Positions 36,377 to 46,039 of a DNA stretch of 64,000 nt are shown here, piece after piece. The DNA lies in contig JAAEST010000044.1 in the NCBI GenBank assembly GCA_024229115.1, forward strand, positions 2,999 to 66,998. Direction: 5' to 3'. Both the position numbers and the translations under genes were made by a program. How positions within the stretch are numbered: the first letter of the stretch is position 1; the number at the start of each line of letters is the position of its first letter. The stretch comes from Oligoflexia bacterium (GTDB taxonomy: Bacteria; Bdellovibrionota; Bacteriovoracia; Bacteriovoracales; Bacteriovoracaceae). Below the pieces are notes generated by a model, which did no database searches, was not told where the DNA came from, and saw only the letters and a program-made list of their open reading frames with translations.

Positions 36377-37681
36377 CTACTTAGACCATCTAGGAGTTAT
36401 ACAATTTCCAAATCCCTTCGTAACTTGGCCTATAACCTCCCCATCTCTGGTCATAATGTATATATTTTGAACGGCCTGAGTCCTAGAAATGACTCTTTGA
36501 GAGCTAAAAGCAATGAATTGTCCATCATTTGAATAAGTAGGGTCCTCATTTGAGCCAAAATCCTTGGTTAAGCGGTAGAGTCCCGTTCCATCAGCATTGA
36601 TACGAAAGATATCAAATCTATTATCAAGCCAGCTAGAAAATGCAATTTCATCACCTGTAGGGTTAAAACGTGGTGTAGCGTTGAATTGGCCAATAAAGCT
36701 CACTCTCTTCACTGACTTTTCTAAACCAGACGGGTCCATTGTGTAAATCATCGGCTTTCCAGGTCTTCCAGAAAGAAAAGCAAGTTTAGTCCCTTGGACA
36801 TTAATTGAAGGGTCAACATCAGGAGCATAGGACTTCGTTAGTCTTCTAGCTTCTTTAGTATTAATATCCATCTCATAAATTTCTGCGTTTCCTTGATGAC
36901 TAAGAGTCAAAATCACTTTTCCTGGCTTGGGAGAAAAGACAGCTCCAGTATTTAGTCCTCGCCTGCTTGATAATAACGAAGACTTTCTTGTAGCAAGATC
37001 CATTACGTAGAGGTTCACATTTCTTTTTTTATTCCCACCACGAATAAGACTATAGAGAACCTGTTTCCCATCAAGACTAATCGCTGGTCCAATAACTGTC
37101 CCTCGGTGATTCGTTAACTTTCTTGTGTTCTTCCCGTCAAAATCCATAATATAGAGTTCTTTAAATGGATTACGACGTGTACTTCCAGTGTCAGAGACAA
37201 AAATTATTTTTGATTGGAAAATTGAATCTTTTCCAATGATTGATTTATAGATGTCATTACTTAACTCATGAGCCAATGTTCTAAGATTTTCTTTAAAGAT
37301 GCTCTTTTTAAAACTACCTGATGCTCCCTTTTGTGAAACGTTGATAATCTTAGCTTCAGCAACTAAAGGATTTCCAGAGAAGCTTAAGTCAATCACATAG
37401 CTTAATCCTTTCTTTTTATAAAAATCAAAATCATCAAACTTCGCCCCTTCATAATCAGAGCTATTCATTACTTTGAATGTATTCTTATAAAAACTAAAAT
37501 CATTTTCGAGAATACTCTTTACTTGTTTTCCAAGTTCATTTGATAATCCTTTGCTAACAAAAGTAATTTTTTGTTGCTCCAGTTCAGCATCTCCTACTGC
37601 AACAACTGTCAGATTATCTTGAGCTGATAAACTAAGAGTTGATAGAACGAAAGTCACTATAAAGAGTAATTTTGAAAACAT
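36377..37681 (-). CDS. tolB: Tol-Pal system beta-propeller protein TolB
   Basis: Signal peptide, a TolB N-terminal domain, and repeated PD40 blades (ISLDGKQVLYS, FNPTGDEIAFSS, YSNDGQFIAFSS). Confidence 0.85.
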   Translation of the reverse strand: MFSKLLFIVTFVLSTLSLSAQDNLTVVAVGDAELEQQKITFVSKGLSNELGKQVKSILENDFSFYKNTFKVMNSSDYEGAKFDDFDFYKKKGLSYVIDLSFSGNPLVAEAKIINVSQKGASGSFKKSIFKENLRTLAHELSNDIYKSIIGKDSIFQSKIIFVSDTGSTRRNPFKELYIMDFDGKNTRKLTNHRGTVIGPAISLDGKQVLYSLIRGGNKKRNVNLYVMDLATRKSSLLSSRRGLNTGAVFSPKPGKVILTLSHQGNAEIYEMDINTKEARRLTKSYAPDVDPSINVQGTKLAFLSGRPGKPMIYTMDPSGLEKSVKRVSFIGQFNATPRFNPTGDEIAFSSWLDNRFDIFRINADGTGLYRLTKDFGSNEDPTYSNDGQFIAFSSQRVISRTQAVQNIYIMTRDGEVIGQVTKGFGNCITPRWSK

Positions 37682-37699
37682 TTTAAATCCTTTTAAAAC

Positions 37700-38518
37700 T
37701 TAAAGAGGAAAACCAAGTACAATATCCCCTCTTGCCGCTTGCTTACTTACAGTTTCAGGCGGGGCAGGAAATCTTGTTTCCTTAACGGCCTTTAAGGCCC
37801 TATTATCATATTCTGAATCTCCACTTGATTCAATTATTTCAGAGCGTAACAGTTTTCCATTGGCTGATAAATATATTCTTATTCGACAACGAAGGTCCTT
37901 ATCAATAAGGTAACTCGGAAGTTTCCATTGAGGACGAATTGCATCAGGTATTTTTTCACTAAACTCTTGAAGAATACCAGCAGACTCTCCTCCGTTATCA
38001 CCGTATAGAGAAGTTCCATCGTTAATTTTATTTCCAGCGTAAACAAGATCTTTTAATTTATTTCTCATCTTAGCAGAAATCTCTTTCTGCCCATTACTAC
38101 CCTTTAATTGTTTCTTTGATTTTTTCTTTTTCGAAGTACCAACAGATTTATCAGAGTATTGTTTGAGAAGATCACTGAGGCTCTTCTTTGGTTTTGTTTC
38201 AGTCTTCTTAATAAACTCTTTTCCAGTATCGGGGGTGGTATCTTTGGGAGCGGGATCAGCTTTAGGTTCTGAAATATCACCATCAATCTGCCCTTTGACC
38301 TTCGCCAATTCTTTTAACTCTGGGAGTGAAAGTTTAGGCATGGCCACCACATCAACCTTAACAGAACGACTGGCCAAGCTTAAATTGTAATTCTTAACCT
38401 TGTTAAGCTTTATTAGTTGGAAAGCACTTATTCCCATCCCAAGGGCAACAAGTACTGAATGGATAATCAGAGATTTTCCCGTATAAAACTTTAATGTTGG
38501 TAACTTTAACTGCTTCAC
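37700..38518 (-). CDS. tolA: TolA-like protein (TM anchor, charged spacer, TonB/TolA C-terminal domain)
   Basis: TM segment LIIHSVLVALGMGISAF, a K/S/P-rich spacer, and a C-terminal IRIYLSANGKLLRSEIIESSGDSEYDNRALKAV. It sits between tolR and tolB. Confidence 0.65.
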   Translation of the reverse strand: MKQLKLPTLKFYTGKSLIIHSVLVALGMGISAFQLIKLNKVKNYNLSLASRSVKVDVVAMPKLSLPELKELAKVKGQIDGDISEPKADPAPKDTTPDTGKEFIKKTETKPKKSLSDLLKQYSDKSVGTSKKKKSKKQLKGSNGQKEISAKMRNKLKDLVYAGNKINDGTSLYGDNGGESAGILQEFSEKIPDAIRPQWKLPSYLIDKDLRCRIRIYLSANGKLLRSEIIESSGDSEYDNRALKAVKETRFPAPPETVSKQAARGDIVLGFPL

Positions 38519-38931
38519 TTCTTCTGCTCAGTCTCCGTGACTAAAGATATTTTTTCTATCCCACCTCTTCTTAACTGGGACATAACTCTTGCAACATCTC
38601 CATATTTAAGAGCAAAGTCAGCTCTCAAATAAAGAGTATCAACTTTGGACTCTTTGAATTTTGCCATAATGATTTTAACAATTTCATCTTGTAGAACTTT
38701 ATCCTTTCCAATGAAGAAGCCACCATTTGTAGTCATCGACAAAACTATTTGCTCTGTCGTCAGGTTCATAGGATTAACTTCTTTAGTTTTTGGAAGATCT
38801 AGTTTAATTCCATTAAGCATTAAAGGAGCTGTCACCATAAAGATAACAAGGAGAACAAGCATAACATCTACTAACGGAGTTACGTTTATTTCCGAAATTG
38901 CTCCCTTCTTTTTTTGGCCACCCATTCCCAT
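38515..38931 (-). CDS. tolR: Biopolymer transport protein TolR/ExbD
   Basis: EINVTPLVDVMLVLLVIFM signature; 138 aa. Confidence 0.85.
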   Translation of the reverse strand: MGMGGQKKKGAISEINVTPLVDVMLVLLVIFMVTAPLMLNGIKLDLPKTKEVNPMNLTTEQIVLSMTTNGGFFIGKDKVLQDEIVKIIMAKFKESKVDTLYLRADFALKYGDVARVMSQLRRGGIEKISLVTETEQKK

Positions 38932-38934
38932 AAT

Positions 38935-39618
38935 CTATCCTAGTGTTCTTTCTACAACATTAATGAATTCTTTTTCGAAGTTATCCATCTGTGCTTGCAT
39001 TAATTCATTTTGTGAATTGAATTGGTTATAAAACCAAACAGCAGGAATAGCGGCTGCTAAACCAACTGCTGTTGCAACAAGTGCTTCCGCAATACCAGGA
39101 GCGACCGCATCAATCGTAGCTCCACCACTCGCCAATCCTGTAAATGAATCAATAATCCCCCAAACCGTTCCAAAGAGACCAACAAATGGAGTTACTGAAC
39201 CAATGGAAGCTAAAGTAGAAAGTGATTTTTCAAGTTCTAAGTGTGCTTCGTGTTGTCCCAGCTTTAGTGACCGGATAATAGCGTCGAAACCAAATTTTTC
39301 AAAATGCTTCTTTAGCTTTTCGTCACTCGCAAAATGAGAGTTCATTTTCTGAAGCTCTTTATATCCAGAGGCAAACATCGATTTATAAGGACTAAAAGGC
39401 AACTGAGCTATTTTCTCTCCTACATCGTTGAGACTAGAAGAGTTATCGTAAACATCTTTAAAAAGCTGATTATTTGACTGGAGCTCCTTAATGAGTTTTT
39501 TCTTCATCATAACTATTGCCCATGAAACAATTGAAGCAATAATGAGTAGGATTAAAACTCCTTTCACCACAATTCCTGATTCTAAAATAATTTTTAAAAT
39601 ATCGAGTTCACCATTCAT
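38935..39618 (-). CDS. tolQ: Proton channel protein TolQ/ExbB (MotA/TolQ/ExbB family)
   Basis: PFVGLFGTVWGIIDSF and IAEALVATAVGLAAAIPAV motifs. Confidence 0.85.
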   Translation of the reverse strand: MNGELDILKIILESGIVVKGVLILLIIASIVSWAIVMMKKKLIKELQSNNQLFKDVYDNSSSLNDVGEKIAQLPFSPYKSMFASGYKELQKMNSHFASDEKLKKHFEKFGFDAIIRSLKLGQHEAHLELEKSLSTLASIGSVTPFVGLFGTVWGIIDSFTGLASGGATIDAVAPGIAEALVATAVGLAAAIPAVWFYNQFNSQNELMQAQMDNFEKEFINVVERTLG

Positions 39619-39633
39619 ATTTAACTCCCAAAC

Positions 39634-40461
39634 TTATACAAGTTGTTTTTTTCTCTTTTCACGCATTATATTTTTATAAACAAAGTAACCTAAAACTATT
39701 ACTGCCAGTGCTAGAAACTCTAATGACGTTATCCCGGTTTCTAAAACAAAAGGGCTATATAAACTTTCCCAAATTGGATCTGTTCCAAAGAATGCATTGA
39801 GTGTACATTGCACAACTACGGAATAAAGCATCACGCTATTCCAAGCTGGCTTACCATTCAAAGAAGTTATAAAGATCATTAAATAGCCCATTACAAAATG
39901 AATAAAGGTAATCGTATCCACATTTCTTCCATAGAGAATAAATGTTTGAATAAAAAGCAGGCTTAAAATAGGAAAAGCAAAGATAGCAATATAGCGTTGC
40001 CTTTTTTCTAGTGGATAGAAAATATTCAATGAAAACCAGAGAAAGGCATCACTGAGTAAAAACACAAGGTTTCCTACAAATGAACTAGAGACACGTAGAA
40101 AATAAAAATCCACATCATTTCCAACAGGCCTTCCAATAAAAAGAGCGATAAAGAGAAGAAAGATTAGACCGACCGATAATTCTGGATAATCTATCTCATC
40201 CCCTAGATTGAGAACATCGTTAAAAGGCCTTCTAAAATTCCCTTTAACAGAAAGAAAGCGAAAGATAACAAATAACGAGCTAAGTTTAGCAATACTTAAA
40301 ATCTCCCACTGATGTTCCAGCATCCAATCTTCAACATCAGGAAGGCGATGTCCTAACTCAAAATGAAAGAATGCAACTGTTGATGCAAGAGAGATATGTA
40401 TTAAGAAAATTAATACAATATAGAAAGATAAATAAGTCGCATGTTTAAATAAGTTCTTCAT
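39634..40461 (-). CDS. Polytopic membrane protein, unknown function
   Basis: A 275-aa ORF that is hydrophobic throughout. It is adjacent to the upstream gene (1-nt overlap) and to tolQ downstream. Confidence 0.6.
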   Translation of the reverse strand: MKNLFKHATYLSFYIVLIFLIHISLASTVAFFHFELGHRLPDVEDWMLEHQWEILSIAKLSSLFVIFRFLSVKGNFRRPFNDVLNLGDEIDYPELSVGLIFLLFIALFIGRPVGNDVDFYFLRVSSSFVGNLVFLLSDAFLWFSLNIFYPLEKRQRYIAIFAFPILSLLFIQTFILYGRNVDTITFIHFVMGYLMIFITSLNGKPAWNSVMLYSVVVQCTLNAFFGTDPIWESLYSPFVLETGITSLEFLALAVIVLGYFVYKNIMREKRKKQLV

Positions 40462-41348
40462 TAAAAAGGCTTAATATCTGATTTCGGCCTCAACCAATTT
40501 AGTTGCATCTCTGGTGATGGATAAATCTTAAGATACTTTTGATAAAGAATATTAGTCTTCACTAAGTTATCGATTTTCTGAATCATCCTATAATAAGAAT
40601 TCCACAATTTATTATCATCTTTAAGAATCTTGTTCATCTTAGAAGTAATTGCAAATTGCTGTTGATAATCAAATCCTTTATCTGAAGTCATTTGATCATA
40701 TTTCGCGAGAGTATCTTTAAGCACCTTGCTATCAAACTTTTTTTGATAAAAATTACTACCAATCATTTTGTTAAGAGCCGGAAATTTCACATATTCTTTA
40801 AAATAACCTTCTTCCCATCTTAAATAATCTTCAAACATTAGAAGAGCAATCTCAAGCTTAGATAAATCTAAAGTTCTAATAAAAGGTACTGATAGTAGGA
40901 AAATAATCTCATCTTTATTTGAAGGAAGAGCGAAGTGAGTTATTTCAGGTGTGTTTAATAAGAGTATCTTAAACTTCTTCTCATAAACTCCCATTCTTTC
41001 TAGAAATTCCTGAAATGCTTTTACAAGTCCATAATCAGGTTTTTGAAAGTCCCATTTTAAAAATATAACATTCTTTATTAACCAATACTCAGACATAAAT
41101 GTCCAAAAAGTATACTCGCTAGGAATATTATATTTTTTTATACGATTTACTTTAATCTTCTGTTTCTTTTCAACTTTCTTCTTTATCTTTTTGTCGACTT
41201 CATCACTAAGTTTGTCATTCTTCAGCACGTCTTGAATATTTTCAAAGTTTACAACATCTGAAGTATCTTCACTTTTCTTTCCACTATTCTCTTGAGAATA
41301 GGTACTGAAATTTAAAATCAATAAGATACTAATTAAAACACTCTTCAT
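40461..41348 (-). CDS. Secreted hypothetical protein (tentatively a degenerate M48-like fold)
   Basis: Signal peptide and a K-rich region. The segment THFALPSNKDEIIFLLSVPFIRTLDLSKLEIALLMFEDYL resembles the M48 active-site neighbourhood, but with FEDYL where HExxH would be. Confidence 0.45.
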   Translation of the reverse strand: MKSVLISILLILNFSTYSQENSGKKSEDTSDVVNFENIQDVLKNDKLSDEVDKKIKKKVEKKQKIKVNRIKKYNIPSEYTFWTFMSEYWLIKNVIFLKWDFQKPDYGLVKAFQEFLERMGVYEKKFKILLLNTPEITHFALPSNKDEIIFLLSVPFIRTLDLSKLEIALLMFEDYLRWEEGYFKEYVKFPALNKMIGSNFYQKKFDSKVLKDTLAKYDQMTSDKGFDYQQQFAITSKMNKILKDDNKLWNSYYRMIQKIDNLVKTNILYQKYLKIYPSPEMQLNWLRPKSDIKPF

Positions 41349-41770
41349 TACTGTACCTTTGATCTTCCATATTCATATTGATCGTAAAGTTTTCCCCAAT
41401 GATACATTTCCGCGAGATCAAGATTTAAGTGATCAAAAAATCTCGGATAACGATCCTGAAAACAAGTAGGTTTACGATCTGTTAAATATGATTTGTTAAT
41501 ATATCCTTTATAAGGACCTACTGAGATATAGTTAAAGTGCTTATTAAATACTTCTTGATATTTCTTCTTCCCCACAGACTTCTTTAGAATTCTTACTGGG
41601 TATCCACAACTAATTGTCGATATTGACTCGCTATACTTTGAAGGATTGCGATGAATATGACCAAAGAGTGTTTTGAAGTAAGCAACTCTTACTACTTTAT
41701 CTTTAGCAAAAGCAGAAATTGAAAATATTAAAACCAATATGAAAGCTAAATTTCTCATTACACCTTCCAT
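41348..41770 (-). CDS. Small secreted hypothetical protein (possibly SH3b-like)
   Basis: 140 aa with signal peptide LAFILVLIFSISAFA. It overlaps lapB and the downstream gene. Confidence 0.5.
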   Translation of the reverse strand: MEGVMRNLAFILVLIFSISAFAKDKVVRVAYFKTLFGHIHRNPSKYSESISTISCGYPVRILKKSVGKKKYQEVFNKHFNYISVGPYKGYINKSYLTDRKPTCFQDRYPRFFDHLNLDLAEMYHWGKLYDQYEYGRSKVQ

Positions 41771-42987
41771 CTAAATTGAATCGTTTCCCATTCATGACAT
41801 TGTGGACATCTCCAAAAAATTTCATCTGAGTTGTAACCACAATTACTACAATAATGCTTTGTATGAGATTGATTTAAATTACTTAAAAAATCAGCAGTTG
41901 TTTTCATCACTTCATCTTTTAAGTCTAAGTCAATAAGTAGTTTTATATATTCTACTTTCATGACCTCATTATGAATTTCATTTGATTCCATATAAGAATT
42001 TAAACTCTTATAGGCTTCATCTGACATTCCTTTTTCTTTCTGTAAGCGAACCTTTGACAATATCACTGATGGACTTTCAAACAAGTCTTTTTCATCCATC
42101 ACAAGGAAGAAGTCCTTCAAATGCCTAACTCTTTCAAAGTATGAGTTAATAGTGTCCTCAGGAGCATTAAACTTCTCTGTTAAAGATTCAAAAATAAAAG
42201 AGGCATACATTGGGTGCTCTTTTAATAATTCTAATAATAAATTCTTTGCTTCTTCTATACTTCCACTTGTCAGAAAAAGTTTCAGCCTTAAAATTTTAGC
42301 CGACACAGAAGGAGCAAAACGAAAAGCATCTTCAAGATCTTCATGGCATTTTGCGAACTCACCTTTTGAAAAGTAGATCTTAGCTTTTTGAACAAGGATG
42401 TGAGAAATCGTTTCGGCTTGATTCTCGTGCCCAACTTTAGAGAGCATAATTCTATAATTATAGGCTTGATCCCAATCTTCAATATCTTCAAAAATACGAC
42501 AAAGAGATTGAATCACTTCATATTGATCACGATTGATTTTCAAAACGTCTTTATATGTTTCGATTGCTTTTTCAATAAAGCCACCTTTATCAAAGTCAAT
42601 CGCTAACTCTTTAAGAGACCTAAGACGATCGGACTCCGAAATATTTTCTCTCGCTATGAGAGAGCGGTGAATAGAGATCGCTTTTTCAATTTCTCCATTA
42701 CTTCGAAATAGCCCGCCTAAGGCGAAATATGTATCAATTGTCTCTCTATTAATATCAACGGCATTTAAGAATTCTCTAATGGCCAAATCTCGATTTCCAG
42801 AAATAAGGTATTGAGTGGCATTTAAAAACACCTTCGATTGAGCTTCGAAAATAGAATTCCTATATCTCTTACTAAGCTTAACACCAGAGTCTTTCTCAAT
42901 CAGATAATGATAAACAAGAACTAAAGTTAAGCAGACCGCCACTACGGCAAGTAAATGATCTTGAAGCCAATTAATATATATTTCCAT
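41758..42987 (-). CDS. lapB: LPS assembly regulator LapB (YciM)-like TPR protein
   Basis: N-terminal TM helix, TPR repeats, and a C-terminal rubredoxin-type CSNCGYNSDEIFWRCPQCHEW. Confidence 0.8.
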   Translation of the reverse strand: MEIYINWLQDHLLAVVAVCLTLVLVYHYLIEKDSGVKLSKRYRNSIFEAQSKVFLNATQYLISGNRDLAIREFLNAVDINRETIDTYFALGGLFRSNGEIEKAISIHRSLIARENISESDRLRSLKELAIDFDKGGFIEKAIETYKDVLKINRDQYEVIQSLCRIFEDIEDWDQAYNYRIMLSKVGHENQAETISHILVQKAKIYFSKGEFAKCHEDLEDAFRFAPSVSAKILRLKLFLTSGSIEEAKNLLLELLKEHPMYASFIFESLTEKFNAPEDTINSYFERVRHLKDFFLVMDEKDLFESPSVILSKVRLQKEKGMSDEAYKSLNSYMESNEIHNEVMKVEYIKLLIDLDLKDEVMKTTADFLSNLNQSHTKHYCSNCGYNSDEIFWRCPQCHEWETIQFRWKV

Positions 42988-42995
42988 TGTCTTCC

Positions 42996-43943
42996 TTAGT
43001 TTCTATACATCAAGGCTGGAGATTCAGCTTGGTTTAATAGCGATTTAACTTTTCCAAAAATACCTTCTAAATCTTCAACCAAACTCCAAATATTCGTTTT
43101 CTTCTTTTCTTTTATAAATTTAAATTCAAACTCACCATCTAGTTTGAGTTCTTCATGAATTTTTCTTCCCGCGCTCCACATACCAGCAATCTCATCAACA
43201 AGACCAAGTTTGAAGGCTTCTTCACCACTAAAGATTTGTCCTTGAGCAAGATCAAAAAGCTCTTTCTTAATCTTTCCTTTTCTAGTCTTTTGAATGTCGA
43301 CCATAAATTGCTCATGAACACCTTTAACAGTAGTGTTAAGCATATCAATCTCTTCTTGGGTCATTCCTCTCGTTGGTTGACCAAAGTCCTTGAAGCGACC
43401 TGACTTAATAGTCTCTTGCTTAACTTTTGCTAATTCATAGAGCTTACTCAAATCAAGAAATTGCATAATAACGCCAATTGAACCTGTGATTGTTCCAGCA
43501 TTAGAAAAGATTTTTCTTGTTGCTGCTCCAACATAGTAACCACCACTCGCGGCTATACTTCCAAAGCTAGCGTAAACTGGTTTTCCCTCTTTACCTTCAG
43601 ACGTTTGATAGAGCTCATCGATACGACGAATCTCCTCATAAATTTCTTGAGTTGGACCTACAGCCCCACCAGGAGAATTCACTCTCATCAGTATCGCTTT
43701 AGTATCTTTATCTTCATAGGCCTTATGGATTAACTCTACTGTTTTCTTTGATTCCATGATCACGCCATTTATTTCAACCACGGCCACTGTAGGCTTCCCT
43801 TTATTATTTAAAGAAGAAAAAGAACTCGAGCCACCTTCCCCGCTAAAAATTTTCAATGTATAAGTTGCAAAAATCATGAGAACAATAAAGAAGAAGAACA
43901 CCATGATTAAAATTCCGAAAACCGCTCTATTTTTCTTTTCCAC
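42996..43943 (-). CDS. sppA: Signal peptide peptidase SppA, 36K type (S49)
   Basis: N-terminal TM helix and motifs NSPGGAVGPTQEIY and AASGGYYVGAA. Confidence 0.85.
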   Translation of the reverse strand: MEKKNRAVFGILIMVFFFFIVLMIFATYTLKIFSGEGGSSSFSSLNNKGKPTVAVVEINGVIMESKKTVELIHKAYEDKDTKAILMRVNSPGGAVGPTQEIYEEIRRIDELYQTSEGKEGKPVYASFGSIAASGGYYVGAATRKIFSNAGTITGSIGVIMQFLDLSKLYELAKVKQETIKSGRFKDFGQPTRGMTQEEIDMLNTTVKGVHEQFMVDIQKTRKGKIKKELFDLAQGQIFSGEEAFKLGLVDEIAGMWSAGRKIHEELKLDGEFEFKFIKEKKKTNIWSLVEDLEGIFGKVKSLLNQAESPALMYRN

Positions 43944-44138
43944 CTAAAACTCCAAAAAACGCCGTAAGCTATTGTAAAAATTCATCTAATATACTCTCAA
44001 ATCCTGCTCCAACCGTAAACTTTTACACCTTTCCCGAGCTTTTCACTCGGTTTTCATATCTAATAAATTCAACACCTTAAGAAGCTAAAGTATTTTCGCT
44101 TAATGACCGACAAGTAAGGTAGGAAACTGGAGAAAGTT

Positions 44139-44390
44139 ATGAAGAACTTATTTTTTATTGTCGCTTTATTATTATTTGTAAATGTTGTTGCTAAGGACAT
44201 GTACCAAGGACCAAAATTTAAGATGAAAAAACATCATGTAAAACCACCAAAGGTTCATGTTGTTGAAGAAGGTCATGAGCATGGATTTAAACTAGAAGAT
44301 CCTCAGGAAAGGGATGTTGCCAGTTCACCTTCCGAAGATAAGAAGAAGCCTTCGAAGCCAGAAGTTCCTTATTGGAAATATAAGAAATAA
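44139..44390 (+). CDS. Small secreted K/P/E/H-rich protein
   Basis: 83 aa with a signal peptide (MKNLFFIVALLLFVNVVA). SD GGAG lies upstream and a strong terminator lies downstream. Confidence 0.55.
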   Translation: MKNLFFIVALLLFVNVVAKDMYQGPKFKMKKHHVKPPKVHVVEEGHEHGFKLEDPQERDVASSPSEDKKKPSKPEVPYWKYKK

Positions 44391-44396
44391 ATTTAC

Positions 44397-44424
44397 AACC
44401 CAGTTATTAACTGGGTTTTTTTTC
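44397..44424 (+). terminator. Rho-independent terminator
   Basis: AACCCAGTT-att-AACTGGGTT followed by a T run. Confidence 0.8.
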
Positions 44425-44436
44425 GTCTACTTTTTT

Positions 44437-44844
44437 CTAGGGATAGAGACTAAATCCAATCAGCTGATTTATCGATGAATCTAAACCTGCACAAGCACCG
44501 GCCATCGCTTTTTCAAAAGACTCTACTGCTTCAAAGCGAGAACAAAGAGAGAGAATCTCACCTTCACTATTTAGCACTTCAACTTGAAAACTGTAATAAT
44601 CAGGAGAGCTCGCTCTTAAGGTCCAGATGATACGGGCCTGATACTCTCCTTCTTTAATAAGAAGACGAGTGAAGCTATTTACTTCAGGCTTAGCAAGCTC
44701 GTAAGCTTTAACTTCAGATAACTTCTTTGGAAGACATTCTGGTGTTAAATCATTGCATAAGTTCTTAGACCAAAAACTACCTTTAATAGTCATAGCATTG
44801 GCAGAAGAAATAAATATTAGTGTTAAAAATATTGTCTTAAACAT
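44437..44844 (-). CDS. Secreted hypothetical protein
   Basis: The likely start is the ATG at 44844 (MFKTIFLTLIFISSANA), which overlaps the rlmN stop (ATGTTTAA). The ORF track start at 44883 lies inside rlmN. Confidence 0.55.
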   Translation of the reverse strand: MFKTIFLTLIFISSANAMTIKGSFWSKNLCNDLTPECLPKKLSEVKAYELAKPEVNSFTRLLIKEGEYQARIIWTLRASSPDYYSFQVEVLNSEGEILSLCSRFEAVESFEKAMAGACAGLDSSINQLIGFSLYP

Positions 44845-45940
44845 GTGCATCGTCATCCCATAGATTGAGTTTTTCGTATTCACTTTTTAACTGCCCACAA
44901 GCCGCTAAAATGTCATCCCCTTTAGTGACACGAACAGTACAAATATAATCGTTATTTAACAACTGCTTTTGAAACCAACGAATTCTTTGTTCACTAGGAC
45001 GTTTAAAATCACTTCCAGGATACTCATTAAATGGAATGATATTTACTTTTGATTCTTTCTTATCGAGAAGTTCCATCAGGGCGTCGAGATCTTCCTGACG
45101 GTCATTAAGGTCTTTAATCAAAATATACTCATAAGTAATACGACGGTGAGCTTTGAGAGGAACTTTTTTAATGGCCTCAAAAAGTTTTTGCAGATCATAG
45201 GCCTTATTAATAGGCATTAATTCTGTACGAATATCATTATGAGCCGCGTGAAGAGAGATCGCGATATTCACAGGAGGAAAGTCCCAAAGCTTTTCAATTT
45301 GAGGAACAAGTCCTGAAGTTGAAAGAGTCACTCTTCTTTGGCTTAAACCAATTCCTTTTTCTTCTAAAAATATTTGAGCTGACTTGCGAACATTTTCATA
45401 GTTATGAAGAGGTTCACCTTGGCCCATGTAGACGATGTTAGTTAGCCTCTCTTCTTGAAGTCCCTCTTCAGTTTCCTTTCGTGCATTCTTATTCAACCAA
45501 TCTTGAACAGCTAACCACTGTCCTACGATTTCACCAGTCGTAAGATGTCTTTTGAGTCCCATCGTTCCGGTGTGACAGAAAGTACATCCAATAGCACAAC
45601 CAACCTGAGAAGAAATACAAAGAGTCAGTCTATCTCTGGCATTAATCGCCACAGTCTCAACAGTATTTCCATCTCCCATTCCAACTAAGAATTTACGAGT
45701 TCCGTCTTTACTAAGACCATTCCAAACAATTTTTGGAATCGATAAATCATAGTTTTCAAAGAAGAAAGCTTTTACTTTCTTCCCAACATTAGACCATTGT
45801 CCCATGTCGAATACATAGTGTTTGTAAATCCACTGATAGACTTGATCAGCGGCAAAACGAGGAAACCCGTTCTCCTTGAGAACAGTTCTCATATCATCGA
45901 GATTTAATGAATATAGCGAGGGTAAAGATGGGGTCTTCAC
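44837..45940 (-). CDS. rlmN: 23S rRNA/tRNA (adenine-C2)-methyltransferase RlmN (radical SAM)
   Basis: CISSQVGCAIGCTFCHTG radical-SAM cluster motif, GEPL, and a C-terminal AACGQL. Confidence 0.9.
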   Translation of the reverse strand: MKTPSLPSLYSLNLDDMRTVLKENGFPRFAADQVYQWIYKHYVFDMGQWSNVGKKVKAFFFENYDLSIPKIVWNGLSKDGTRKFLVGMGDGNTVETVAINARDRLTLCISSQVGCAIGCTFCHTGTMGLKRHLTTGEIVGQWLAVQDWLNKNARKETEEGLQEERLTNIVYMGQGEPLHNYENVRKSAQIFLEEKGIGLSQRRVTLSTSGLVPQIEKLWDFPPVNIAISLHAAHNDIRTELMPINKAYDLQKLFEAIKKVPLKAHRRITYEYILIKDLNDRQEDLDALMELLDKKESKVNIIPFNEYPGSDFKRPSEQRIRWFQKQLLNNDYICTVRVTKGDDILAACGQLKSEYEKLNLWDDDAHV

Positions 45941-46039
45941 CAGGGCACCTCTTTTAACTTAAGTTCCCGCAATTTCTACAGGTTATTGGCTAAGAGTTCA
46001 ATGCCCTGGGAAGATTTTCCACACTTAAGGAGAGGTCGC

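Noticed and set aside
36233-37681. pal and cpoB (ybgF) are missing downstream of tolB, which could suggest a broken Tol-Pal system.
   Set aside because: Pal may simply be encoded elsewhere, and absence from one window is not evidence of absence from the genome. I mention it only as context in the lapB-tol finding.
43944-44138. A hairpin, CCGAG-cttttca-CTCGG followed by TTTTC, lies in the divergent region between sppA and the 83-aa gene. I considered it as a terminator or small RNA.
   Set aside because: The stem is only 5 bp and no upstream plus-strand gene exists for it to terminate. It is more likely chance structure in a promoter region.
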